64,000 nt of DNA from Eutreptiella sp. 'Long Island Sound 2002'. Taxonomy: Eukaryota; Protista; Euglenida. The stretch is from positions 185,070,001-185,134,000 of the forward strand of contig OZ038378.1 of NCBI GenBank assembly GCA_964036045.1, given 5' to 3'. Positions 48,500 through 61,493 of the stretch are shown here, in pieces (position 1 is the stretch's first letter; each line of letters starts with the position of its first letter). The translations under genes were made by a program, and so were the position numbers. The notes beneath the pieces are model-generated. The model was not told where the DNA came from. It was given only the letters and a program-made list of their open reading frames with translations, and did not search any database.

Positions 48500-50400
48500 T
48501 TGCTTGGTATTGTGCCTAGATTAGGGTAGAACAGCCAATGTAGTTGGCCCGTGTAGGGTTTCACTTGTAGTTCCAATGCCCAACAGGAACTAGGTGAAAC
48601 TTATCTGGGTGATATCCATGCTTGTGTATGCCATCACATTTGATACCAGTGTTCTTGAATCGTTGATGTGCCAGTTGGTATGATGCTGCCTTCGTTGGTA
48701 TCTTTTGCAATTGGAAGATTACGCCCGCACCACCAAATTGCAAAGGATATGAGCAATCACGAACTCAAAGGCTTGTGTCTTTCGCTTTTTTTTGTCACGT
48801 GCCTGCCTTGAGTTCAGCCCTGGTAGGTGGAGCAAAATCATGCCAAATTTGTCACAGCTTGTGTCTTTCAGAGTACAGCACCAAGGTGGTGCAACAAGGG
48901 CTGACTTTGTTGTGTGCCCCATCGGAGCTGCAGTACACAAACGTGCTTGACACTGCATGGCGGTGCCCAGCATATGACAAGGAGGAACTGGCCCTAGAAC
49001 CCTTTGGGGAGATGGGGGGCTAGATCTCTCTTTTGGGCTGGGCTCCCCTCGGTCATTGAAGCGCTTTAAACGGGGAAGGCAAGAGGCGGAAAGTGGGGTC
49101 GAACGGCCCCAATCCCCCCCAACCCAACAATGAATGCCTCCCACACGCTGCATCTGTCCTTTGATTTTCGGTAGTTTTGATGAAAATTGGTGGTGGGTGG
49201 CTCTGCATGCAGGTTGCATTCTAAAGAGAAACACTTTAGGTTGCAAGGGGGACGTCCTTCAAGAAGGGCTGATGTTGGGTGTGTCAGCTTCTCTGAAAGG
49301 TTTGCGCAGTGTGTGTGCAGTGCCCCAACGTCCCATTACGTGTTGTTACCACCCCGTTGACACTTTTGGGCAACTTGTTACGATCGGCTACACTTTGTTC
49401 CGGTTCTTTTGCACTTGTTGCAGTCTCCTTTTGGCCACCCAAGGCCAGGACATCCTTGGAGGATTGGAGTGCCATCACAGCAAATAGAGGTGTATAGAAG
49501 TGTCAAGCAGACGGTTTGCATGAGCCGAACTTTGTGTGCCCAACTGAACTGAATGGAAGAGGGGGTGCTCTGCGGGCAAAACAACAAAGGTGCGGATCGT
49601 GAGAGCCAACGAAGTCGCAGACACAACGAAATTTTAGGCGTCCTCTTAAAAAAGGTAATTCAGCAGTGTAATCAAATTGTGAAAAGCGGAACCAAAGGGT
49701 CAATTCTTTTCGGCTATGCATAACCTTCCTTACCCAAGAAAGGTCAAATAGAATAAGACATCCTGCAAAGCATAATCGCCTTGGGTGTGAGTCTGAAATT
49801 GGAAATGTGCAAGACATGTCTGCACGGGTGCCACTCTCAATAAGTGAGCCGGGTCTTGTTTCAAATGCCCTAGCCCGTGCGCCTGCCCCATCGGGTGTGC
49901 CCCAAGGCACACTTGTCATCCGTATATCCCAATTTCAGCGCCAATGCCAACAACCTTGCCACAGCAAGCTGGATGGGTGGTGCAAGTGGGTCGTGCGGAT
50001 GAAGACAGCAAGGGGGAGAGCGCCATGTGCTTTCCTCGGACTACTGCCCCGCGTCGTTGAGGTCATCCCACATCCAAGTCTGATGCACGGACACTGGCTC
50101 TGCCCGCACAGAGGCAGCACGGGAACCACGCGCAATACGCGCGCGGTGCCGGGGCCCCTCACATCTTCATTTGGCGTGGCTAGTGGACCAATAGACCCAA
50201 GCGCATTCTTCAGCTCTTGGAACTGTGTGGCTTGTTCTTCACCCCAGTTCCTTGTTTTGTCTTTCTTCTTGAGATCGGTCAAATAGTTGCTTGTGTTGTG
50301 TACAATAATTACAAGCTCCCCATAAGGCTTGTATATCCCCAACCCCTTGGGTCCCGTTGCTTCTGATCGTTGCTCTAAAGATAGGAGCCACGTTGGCTTG
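48500..50400 (-). mobile_element. Degenerate Ty3/gypsy pol (RT-RNase H connection, RNase H and integrase remnants)
   Basis: LTDLKKKDKTRNWGEEQATQFQELKNALGSIGPLATP (~50290-50165) matches the LT.LLKK..W..EQ..F..LK..L..P.LA.P consensus; weaker ..WFRFSQFDY.. and SSDG..W remnants follow. Confidence 0.7.
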
Positions 50401-53400
50401 GATGGGTCTCCACCAGTGCTACCGGCCGGCTGCTTCCGCTTACCATTGATTTTATGAGCAGAATAGCTCAGGTTTGGTTGTGCTGCGTAGCTTTCATAGC
50501 CGAACGGGACACATGCAATGATCAATGGAAACCCAGAAAAGAGGCACTTGCAGATGCAAAGTGACGTTGGGCACTAGCTTTGTGCAGTTGTGGTGTGTGC
50601 TGCTGTTGTGTACAAGGTTTGCGTTATGGTGTTGCGGAATGTTGCGGAGTGGTGTTGTGCAGCAACGTTGGGTTTGGGATGACATTTTTGACCATTCAGA
50701 AGGATCGCAGCCAGGGCGGCAGTACCTTGCAACTGGTCCTAGAAGTCATCGTCTTGTTGCCTTTACACTTCCAACAGCCGCTACTGCACCCGATCTTGCT
50801 GCTGCTGCAGCCAATCCTGCACCTGAATGAGAGAGGCCAAGAGCCGGGATGGGGTAGGCAAGGGACCTTAAGAACCTTTGCTATGATAATTGAATGTCAA
50901 TTCATAGTTTTGTAGAAAACGGAGTAGAGTTGGCTTTGAACCATCTTCGCTAATGACATGCGGGTCCCCATGCGGCGCCCTGTCGTAGTGCAGCGTCAGG
51001 CGTGGCGACCGAGCTAGCCGGCATGTAGGGGCCCATCCTTCTTCCGTGCCTTGCGCACCACCTCACACACTTTTCTTTTCGGTTTCTTGTTCGTTGCGCT
51101 CCGCACTGCGCCTCCAGCGCCGCGGCGTCACCTGCGACCCCGTTCGCCTGCGCGTCGTCCTCCCGCGGCCGCCTTGTGCTATGGCTCCCGGGAACCATCG
51201 AATCATCAAATTATAAATTAATTTCAGCTTGATCAATTTGCTCATGAGGTGGAAAACGATGAAAAGCAAAAGCATGTAAGCGTATAGACAAGTAAACGAT
51301 ACTCTTCCTTGCCCCCCCTCTTCACTACCAATCTCCTAATTTCCACCCTATGGGAGGAAGGCCACACAAAAGATACACACACCCAAATACAAAAAAACAT
51401 CGCAACACAAAAAAACACATGCAACTCCCTAGGGGCTGTAGCTAACGAACGCAGGCGGCTGGTGGCCGAGCCCAAAAGATCAATAGCCAGACAAATCAAA
51501 ATCTTGGAACCTCATTTCTACCGCGCTCATTATTCATTTGTTACGACGATGCTTTGAAACAATGCAAAGGAAAGAGACATGCTACAAAGGAAGAGACCTG
51601 CGATGTCCCATACCATGCTATGCAACGGTATTGCCTCGTCAACGGGACATGCCATGTTTTGCATTTTCCTCATCGGCTCTTTGCAATGCATTGTACTCCG
51701 AGCTATCCCCATGGTATGGGGCAAGGTGTTCCCATAACCTCGCGTTGGGTGATGGGACCGCCCATAAGGCATTGGTTGAGTAGCCACGTTTCACATATTT
51801 GGGCCCCCTAAAGGGCACCACTTCTAAATGTGTTGTAGACCTAGTGTACACTCGAACCCACACCCAGCATCAAATATCTCCTTTGCGAGCCTTGTACGAA
51901 GCATGAATTTCAAATGGCTTTGGGCCACCTTGGCGGTCGAGAAAATACCACGCCTTGCCATCGAAGCGTGGGACCGCTTATAGTATCTCTTGCTGCATAA
52001 ACTAGTCGGGATAGCCATTTATCTCATTGTACTCCTTGCATCCTTCCTTCTTGTTGCCCTGCACAAGCATTTGCACACTCCTTTGTAGCTATGATTTTTA
52101 CAAGAAGCTCCCTATTGCAAAAGAGGGCAAGATATTTGGTCTTCTAAACAGAAGGTGTTCATGTTGGGGCAAGCGGTCCTTTGTTGTTTGATTTTCATCC
52201 CGCGTTGCCTCGTGGGGACAGTCAAATATAGACCTATTTGCACACACGGTGTTGTGTTACAAATTTGTGGCAAATGTTGTCCGTGGGCCATTTTCGGCCG
52301 TTTGCTCCGCTTACCGTTGGTTTGGGTAGCTGAATAGCTCAATGTTGGTTGTGCTGCGTAGCTTTCATATCCGAACGGGACGCATGCAATGACCAATGGA
52401 AACACACAATAGAGGCACTTGCACATGTACAGTAACGTTGGGCAGTTGCTTTGTGCAGTTGTGGTGTGTGCTGCTGTTGTGTACAAGGTTTGCGTTATGG
52501 TGTTGCGGAATGTTGCGGAGTGGTGTTGTGCAGCAACGTTGGGTTTGGGATGACGATTTTGATCATTTAGAAGGATCGCAGCCAGGGCGGCAGTACCTTG
52601 CAGCTGGTCCTAGAAGTCATCGTCTTGTTGCCTTTACACTTCCAACAGCCGCTACTTCACCCGATCTTGCTGTTGCTGCAGCCAATCCTGCGCCTGAATG
52701 AGAGAAGCCAAGAGCCGGGATGAGGTAGGGAAGGGACCTTAAGAACCTTTGCTACAATAATTCAATGTCAGTTCATAGTTTTCGCAGAAAGCAGATCACA
52801 CTTGGCCTTGAAGCATCTTCGCTAATGACATGCGGGTCCCCATGCGGCGCCCCGTGGTAGTGCAGCGTGAGGCGTGGCGACCGAACTAGCCGGCATTTAG
52901 GGCCCGTCCTTCCTCCGCAGCTTGCGCGCCACCTCACACAATTTTCTGTTCGGTTTCTTGTTGGTTGTACTCGGCACTGCGCCTCCAGCGCCGCGGCGTC
53001 ACCTGCGACCCCGTTTGCGTGAGCGTCGTCCTCCCGTGGCCGCCTTGTGCCGTGGCTCCCGTGAACCATCCGAATCATCAAATCATGAATTAATTTCAGC
53101 TTGCCCAATTTGCTCATGAGGTGGAAAACGATGAAAAGCAAAAGGATGTTAGCGTATAGACAAGTAAACAATACTCTTCCTTGCCCCCCCTTCACTGCCA
53201 ATGTGTTTCTCCCAATTTCCACCCTATGGGAGGAAGGCCACACAAAAGATATACACACCCAAATGCAAGAAAACATCGCAACACAAAAAAACACACGCAA
53301 CTCCCTAGGGGCTCTAGGTGACGAACGCAAGCGGCTGGTGGCCGAGCCCAAAAGATCAATAGCCAGACAAATCAAAATCTTGGAACCTCCTTTCTACCGC

Positions 53401-53886
53401 GCTCATTGTTCATTCGTTACGCTGATGCTTTGAAAGAATGCAAAGGAAAGAGACATGCTACAAAGGAAGAGACCTGCGATGTTCCATACCATGCTATGCA
53501 ACGGTGTTGCCTCATCAACGGGACATGCCATGTTTTGCATTTTCCTCATCAGCTACTTGCAATGCATTGTACCCCGAGGTATCCCCTTGGTATGGGGCAC
53601 GGTGTTCCCATAACCTCGCGTTGGGTGATGGGACCCCCCATAAGGCATTGGTTGAGTAGCCACGTTTCACATATTTGGGTCCCCTAAACGGCACCACTTC
53701 TAAATGTCTTGTAGACCAAGTGTAGCCTCCAACACAACACCCAGCATCAAATATCTCCCATGCGAGCCTTGTACAAAGCATGAATTTCAAATGGCTTCGG
53801 ACCTTGGCGGTCGAGAAAATACCACGCCTTGCCATCCAAGTGTGGGACCGCTTATAGTATCTCTTGCTGCATAAACTAGTCGGGAT

Positions 53887-54079
53887 TGGAGTCCGCTGCA
53901 AGCTCAAAGACCAAAGTTACAGCAAAAGATTGCTGGTGGGCAAGGCCTGGTAAACCCACTGGTTGTAGACCCACTGGGCCGGCAAATACAGAAGCCCATT
54001 TGGCTTTAGGGCTTCTTTTGGCAGAATAATTGCTGCACTGCTCATATCCCACAATATAAAAACACCGTTATGGAGGAAC
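53887..54079. other. 193-bp unique insertion at a unit junction of the array
   Basis: Interrupts cgggat|agccattt, which is contiguous in the other units. Confidence 0.8.
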
Positions 54080-57000
54080 AGCCATTTATCTCATTGTACT
54101 CCTTGCATCCTTCCTTCTTGTTGCCCTGCACAAGCATTTGCACACTCCTTTGTAGCTATGATTTTTACAAGAAGCTCCCTATTGCAAAAGAGGGCAAGAT
54201 ATTAGTCTTCTAAAAAGAAGGTGTTCATGTTGGGGCAAGGGGTCCTTTGTTGTTTGATTTTCATACCGCGTTGCCTCGTGGGGACAGCCAAATATAGACC
54301 TATTTGCACACACGGTGTTGTGTTACAAATTTGTGGCACATGCTGTCCATGGGCCATTTTCGGCCGTCTGCTTCCGCTTACCATTGGTTTGGGTGGCTGA
54401 ATAGCTCAGGTTTGGTTGTGCTGCGTAGCTTTCATAGCCGAACGGGACGCATGCAATGACCAATGGAAACACACAATAGAGGCACTTGCAGATGCAAAGT
54501 AACGTTGGGCAGTGGTTTTGTGCAGTTGTGGTGTGTAGTGGTGTTGTGTACAAGGTTTGCGTTATGGTGTTGCGGAATGTTGCGGAGTGGTGTTGTGTAG
54601 CAACTTTGGGTTTGCGATGACAATTTTGATCATTCACAAAGTCTCCCGCCAGGGCGGCAATACCTTACAGCTGGTCCTAGAACTCATCGTCTTGTTGCCT
54701 TTACACTTCCAACAGCCGCTACTGCGCCCGATCTTGTTGCTGCTGCAGCCAATCCTGCATCTGAATGAGAGAAGCCAAGAGCCGGGATGGGGTAGGAAAG
54801 GGACCTTAAGAACCTTTGCTATGATGATTGAATGTCAATTCATAGTTTTGCAGAAAATGGATTAGACTCGGCCTTGAGGCATCTTCGCTAATGACATGCG
54901 GGTCCCCATGCGGCGCCCCGTCGTAGTGCAGCGTGAGGCGTGGCGACCGAACTGGCCGGCTTGCAGGGGCCCATCCTTCCGCCGTGCCTTGCGCGCCACC
55001 TCACACATTTTACTTTTCGGTTTCTTGTTGGTTGCGCTCGGCACTGCGCCTCCAGCGCCGCGGCGTCACCTGCGACCCCATTCGCCTGCGCGTCGTCGTC
55101 CCGTGGCCGCCTTGTGCCGTGGCTCCCGTGAACCATCCGAATCATCAAATTATCAATTAATTTCAGCTTGCCCAATTTGCTCATGAGGTGCAAAACGATG
55201 AAAAGCAAAAGCAGGTTAGCGTATAGACAAGTAAACAATACTCTTCCTTGCCCCCGGCGGAAAGCATGATATGGTGGATGGGGGCAGCTGCCAAGGCAAG
55301 TAGGGCCGTGGTGATCCCGGCGCTTGCCAATGGGGGCAGCTGCCAAGGCAAGTAGGGCCATGGTGATCCCAGCGCTTGCCACAACGGGGGCAGAATGCCT
55401 TGGGGTTACAACGGGGGCAGAATGCCTTGGGGTTACATGTGCGGCATCTGTCTTGGCGTGTAGTGCCGTCGCCGCACGTACACAATTTGTGACCCCGTGA
55501 CCCCGACTGTCGCTGACGGGGGGACGGAACTGCTTCGTCAATGGCGGTTGCAGCGGAATCCTGTGCCCGGGCCCCTGCCACTGCCGCTGCCTTTGCTCCT
55601 CCGCCAGCCCGTTGTGGTCGTTGTGGTAATGGAGGGCAATGGTGGGCAAAGCGGCACTCGGCTGCTGCTGTTGTTGCTGCTTTTCGCCTCAGGCTCGACC
55701 TACAAGTGAGTGGTGTCCTGTTTGCAGGTACTTGGGGCAGTTTGTCTGCTCTCTAGCAGAATCGCTTTTGTCCTTACGCAGCTCACTAGCGCACTTCGCA
55801 TCCTATGGTTCTAACGTCAAAACAACGTTGCTCTCAGTCATGAATTCTGTTCTCTAAAACACCATACGCACGGAACCCTTCTAGAGCACCTCGCCACGCC
55901 GCCGTATTTCGTTGTTGTTCATACATTGCTGCCCATACGCCGCACGTTGCTCCTGTCTTGGTGAAAGCAAATTTTCTAAATTGTAATAAGACCGGTCATC
56001 TACTCGTCAACTTTTGCTTGTTCTTTAAATCTGGCGGTCTCATCCTTCAATTGTTTGATTGATATATGTTTCGGCAAACGCACAACGAGCAATGCACAGA
56101 GAAATTTAGATCCATTCAGCACTTTTCGCGGTTCACAAAACACATCGTCTTATCCCTAAACAAAAGCACAACGAAAAATCCACGCATAAAAAGAAAGTAC
56201 CTTTTTGTTCTACATTCTTTCTTCTCGGCTTTGCCGTCAGCCCTATGCTAGCATAATTGCATCTGTAAACCTGCAGCACCTGACTGCTGGCTACTACTCT
56301 GCATTGGGTGCCCAACAAGACAACCAGCCAACCCAATCCCCAACCCTACGCCTCAGACCAATCGCTGGCAGGTCCCAGACGGCCGTCCCCGCCTGCTCAA
56401 TGCCCCCAGTAGAGCCAAGGCCTCCGCAGCGTGCCACGACCGCCTAGGCAGGGTTCCCCAATAGCAGTGCTATCCCCAACCTGTGGCTTTGTAGGCACTG
56501 CGGCAGCCGCGGTACCAAGCCTGTGCCCTTCGCAGACAAAATCCTATGTACGTACTGATGAAACTAAGACTGATCGACATGGCTAAAGGGGTCCCGGAGC
56601 TGCGTCATAGCAACCCTTCACTGCCAATTTGTTTCTCCCAATTTCCACCCTATGGGAGGAAGGCCACACAAAAGATACACACCCCCAAATACAAAAAAAC
56701 ACCACAACACAAAAAACACACGCAACTCCCTAGGGGCTGTAGCTAACGAACGCAGGCGGCTGGTGGCCGAGCCCAAAAGATCAATGGCCAGACAAATCAA
56801 AATCTTGGAACCTCCTTTCTGCCGCGCTCATTGTTCATTCGTTACGCCGATGCTTTGAAGTAATGCAAAGGAAACAGACATGCTACAAAGGAAGAGACCT
56901 GCGATGTCCCATACCATGCTATGCAACGGTGTTGCCTCGTCAACGGGAAATGCCATGTTTTGCATTTTCTTCATCGGCTACTTGCAATGCATTGTACTCC

Positions 57001-60000
57001 GAGCTATCCCCATGGTATGGGGCAAGGTGTTCCCATAACCTCGCGTTGGGTGATGGGACCCCCCATAAGGCATTGGTTGAGTAGCCACGTTTCACATATT
57101 TGGGTCCCCTAAACGGCACCACTTCTAAATGTCTTGTAGACCAAGTGTAGCCTCCAGCACAACACCCAGAATCAAATATCTTCTTTGCGAGCCTTGTACA
57201 AAGCATGAATTTCAAATGGCTTCGGACCTTGGCGGTCGAGAAAATACCACGCCTTGCCATCCACCCGTGGGACCGCTTATGGTATCCCTTGCTGCATAAA
57301 CCAGTCGGGATAGCCATTTATCTCATTGTACTCCTTGCATCCTTCCTTCCTGTTGCCCCGCACAAGCATTTCCACACTCCTTTGTAGCTATGAGTTTTAC
57401 AAGAAGCTCCCTGTTGCAAAAGAGGGCAAGATATTTGGTCTTCTAAACAGAAGGTGTTCATGTTGGGGCAAGGGGTCCTTTGTTGTTTGATTTTCATCCC
57501 GCGTTGCCTCGTGGGGACAGTCAAATATAGACCTATTTGCACACATGGGTGGTATTACAAATTTGTGGCAAATGTTGTCCATGGGCCATTTTCGGCCGTC
57601 TGCTTCCGCTTACCGTTGGTTTGGGTAGATGAATAGCTCAACTTTGTTTGTGCTGCGTAGCTTTCATAGCCCAACGGGACACATGCAATGATCAATGGAA
57701 ACCCAGAATAAAGGCACTTGCAGATGCAGAGTAACATTGCGCAGTGGTTTTGTGCAGTTGTGGTGTGTAGTGGTGTTGTGTACAAGTTTTGCGTTATGGT
57801 GTTGCGGAATGTTGCGGAGTGGTGCTGCGTAGCAACTTTGGGTTTGCGATGACGATTTTGATCATTCAGAAGGATCGCAGCCAGGGCAACATTACCTTAC
57901 AGCTGGTCCTAGAACTCATCGTCTTGTTTCTTTTACACTTCCAACAGCCGCTACTGCGCCCAATCTTGCTGCTGCTGCAGCCAATCCTGCGCCTGAATGA
58001 GAGAAGCCAAAAGCCGGGATGGGGTAGGCAAGGGACCTTAAGAACCTTTGCTATGATGATTGAATGTCAATTCATAGTTTTGCAGAAAATGGATTAGACT
58101 CGGCCTTGAGGCATCTTCGCTAATGACATGCGGGTCCCCATGCGGCGACCCGTCGTAGTGCAGCGTGAGGCGTGGCGACCGAACTGGCCGGCTTGCAGGG
58201 GCCCATCCTTCCGCCGTGCCTTGCGCGCCACCTCACACATTTTACTTTTCGGTTTCTTGTTGGTTGCGCTCGGCACTGCGCCTCCAGCGCCGCGGCGTCA
58301 CCTGCGACCCCATTCGCCTGCGCGTCGTCGTCCCGTGGCCGCCTTGTGCCGTGGCTCCCGTGAACCATCCGAATCATCAAATTATCAATTATTTACAGCT
58401 TGCCCAATTTGCTCATGAGGTGCAAAACGATGAAAAGCAAAAGCAGGTTAGCGTATAGACAAGTAAACAATACTCTTCCTTGCCCCCGGCGGAAAGCATG
58501 ATATGGTGGATGGGGGCAGCTGCCAAGGCAAGTAGGGCCGTGGTGATCCCGGCGCTTGCCAATGGGGGCAGCTGCCAAGGCAAGTAGGGCCATGGTGATC
58601 CCAGCGCTTGCCACAACGGGGGCAGAATGCCTTGGGGTTACAACGGGGGCAGAATGCCTTGGGGTTACATGTGCGGCATCTGTCTTGGCGTGTAGTGCCG
58701 TCGCCGCACGTACACAATTTGTGACCCCGTGACCCCGACTGTCGCTGACGGGGGTACAGAACTGCTTCGTCAATGGCGGTTGCAGCGGAATCCTGTGCCC
58801 GGGCCCGTGCCACTGCCGCTGCCTTTGCTCCTCCGCCGGCCCGTTGTGGTCGTGGTGGTAATGGAGGGCAATGGTGGGCAAAGCGGCACTCGGCTGCTGC
58901 TGCTGTTGCTGCTTTTCGCCTCAGGCTCGACCTACAAGTGAGTGGTGTCCTGTTTGCAGGTACTTGGGGCAGTTTGTCTGCTCTCTAGCAGAATCGCTTT
59001 TGTCCTTACGCAGCTCACTAGCGCACTTCGCATCCTATGGTTCTGATGTCAGAACAACGTTGCTCTCAGTCATGAATTCTGTTCTCTAAAACACCATACG
59101 CACGGAACCCTTCTAGAGCACCTCGCCACGCCGCCGTATTTCGTTGTTGTTCATACATTGCTGCCCATACGCCGCACGTTGCTCCTGTCTTGGTGAAAGC
59201 AAATTTTCTAAATTGTAATAAGACCGGTCATCTACTCGTCAACTTTTGCTTGTTCTTTAAATCTGGCGGTCTCATCCTTCAATTGTTTGATTGATATATG
59301 TTTCGGCAAACGCACAACGAGCAATGCACAGAGAAATTTAGATCCATTCAGCACTTTTCGCGGTTCACAAAACACATCGTCTTATCCCTAAACAACAGCA
59401 CAACGAAAAATCCACGCATAAAAAGAAAGTACCCTTTTGTTCTACATTCTTTCTTCTCGGCTTTGCCGTCAGCCCTATGCTAGCATAATTGCATCTGTAA
59501 ACCTGCAGCACCTGACTGCTGGCTGCTACTCTGCATTGGGTGCCCAACAAGACAACCAGCCAACCCAATCCCCAACCCTACGCCTCAGACCAATCGCTGG
59601 CAGGTCCCAGACGGCCGTCCCCGCCTGCTCAATGCCCCCAGTAGAGCCAAGGCCTCCGCAGCGTACCACGACCGCCTAGGCAGGGTTCCCCAATAGCAGT
59701 GCTATCCCCAACCTGTGGCTCTGTAGGCACTGCGGCAGCCGCGGTACCAAGCGTGTGCCCATCGCAGACAAAATCCTATGTACGTACTGATGAAACTAAG
59801 ACTGATCGACATGGCTAAAGGGGTCCCGGAGCTGCGTCATAGCAACCCTTCACTGCCAATTTGCTTCTCCCAATTTCCACCCTATGGGAGGAAGGCCACA
59901 CAAAAGATACACACCCCCAAATACAAAAAAAAACACCGCAACACAAAAAACACACGCAACTCCCTAGGGGCTGTAGCTAACGAACGCAGGCGGCTGGTGG

Positions 60001-61271
60001 CCGAGCCCAAAAGATCAATAGCCAGACAAATCAAAATCTTGGAACCTCATTTCTACTGCGCTCATTGTTCATTCGTTACGCCGATGCTTTGAAGCAATGC
60101 AAAGGAAAGAGACATGCTACAAAGGAAGAGACCTAGGATGTTCCATACCATGCTATGCAACGGTGTTGCCTCGTCAACGGGAAATGCCATGTTTTGCATT
60201 TTCTTCATCAGCTACTTGCAATGCATTGTACTCCGAGCTATCCCCTTGGCATGGGGCAAGGTGTTCCCATAACCTCGCGTTGGGTGATGGGACCCCCCAT
60301 AAGGCATTGGTTGAGTAGCCACGTTTCACATATTTGGGTCCCCTAAACGGCACCACTTCTAAATGTCTTGTAAACCAAGTGTAGCCTCCAACACAACACC
60401 CAGCATCAAATATCTTCTTTGCGAGCCTTGTACAAAGCATGAATTTCAAATGGCTTCGGACCTTGGCAGTCGAGAAAATACCACGCCTTGCCATCCACCC
60501 GTGGGACCGCTTATAGTATCCCTTGCTGCATAAACCAGTCGGGATAGCCATTTATCTCATTGTACTCCTTGCATCCTTCCTTCCTGTCGCCCTGCACAAG
60601 CATTTGCACACTCCTTTGTAGCTATGATTTTTACAAGAAGCTCCCTATTGCAAAAGAGGGCAAGATATTTGGTCTTCTAAACAGAAGGTTTTCATGTTGG
60701 GGCAAGGGGTCCTTTGTTGTTTGATTTTCATCCCGCGTTGCCTCGTGGGGACAGTCAAATATAGACCTATTTGCACACATGGGTGGTGTTACAAATTTGT
60801 GGCAAATGTTGTCCATGGGCCATTTTCGGCCGTCTGCTTCCGCTTACCGTTGGTTTGGGTAGATGAATAGCTCAACTTTGTTTGTGCTGCGTAGCTTTCA
60901 TAGCCCAACGGGACACATGCAATGATCAATGGAAACCCAGAATAAAGGCACTTGTAGATGCAGAGTAACGTTGCGCAGTGGCTTTGTGCAGTTGTGGTGT
61001 GTAGTGGTGTTGTGTACAAGTTTTGCGTTATGGTGTTGCGGAATGTTGCGGAGTGGTGCTGCGTAGCAACTTTGGGTTTGCGATGACGATTTTGATCATT
61101 CAAAAGGATCGCAGCCAGGGCAACATTACCTTACAGCTGGTCCTAGAACTCATCGTCTTGTTTCCTTTACACTTCCAACAGCCGCTACTGCGCCCGATCT
61201 TGCTGCTGCTGCAGCCAATCCTGCGCCTGAATGAGAGAAGCCAAGAGCCGGGATGGGGTAGGGAAGGGACC

Positions 61272-61493
61272 CCCCCCTTTGGGACACTCAGCAGGCACAA
61301 ATGAGGCAATAACGGCACCAACCCCTGAAAACGCTCCGTGTTGGCATGAAATTACGCGTCCCAGAGAGATACATCGACATACCACATTGGTATTTATTAA
61401 TGTTCGCTTCAACGGGAAACAAATTTTGTCTGTATACAGACTGGGTCACTCGCACAGCAAGGTGATCTTTGTTTCATGGTGTACCACCCGACC
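61272..61493. mobile_element. 222-bp insertion private to one array unit, with GACC duplicated at its ends
   Basis: Other units read gggaccttaagaa; here gggacc[..ccgacc]ttaagaa. The size matches the longer period of this unit. Confidence 0.75.

Noticed and set aside
55630-55730. Plus-strand signal-peptide-like LLLLLLLF with gtgagt donor and ttgcag acceptor in the array
   Set aside because: The implied intron is only 22 nt, and the segment is the antisense of a (CAG)n/Gln-rich gag-like frame.
56505-56520. TGGTACCGCGG as a primer-binding site
   Set aside because: No copy of the 47938-48186 LTR or any TG..CA end directly upstream.
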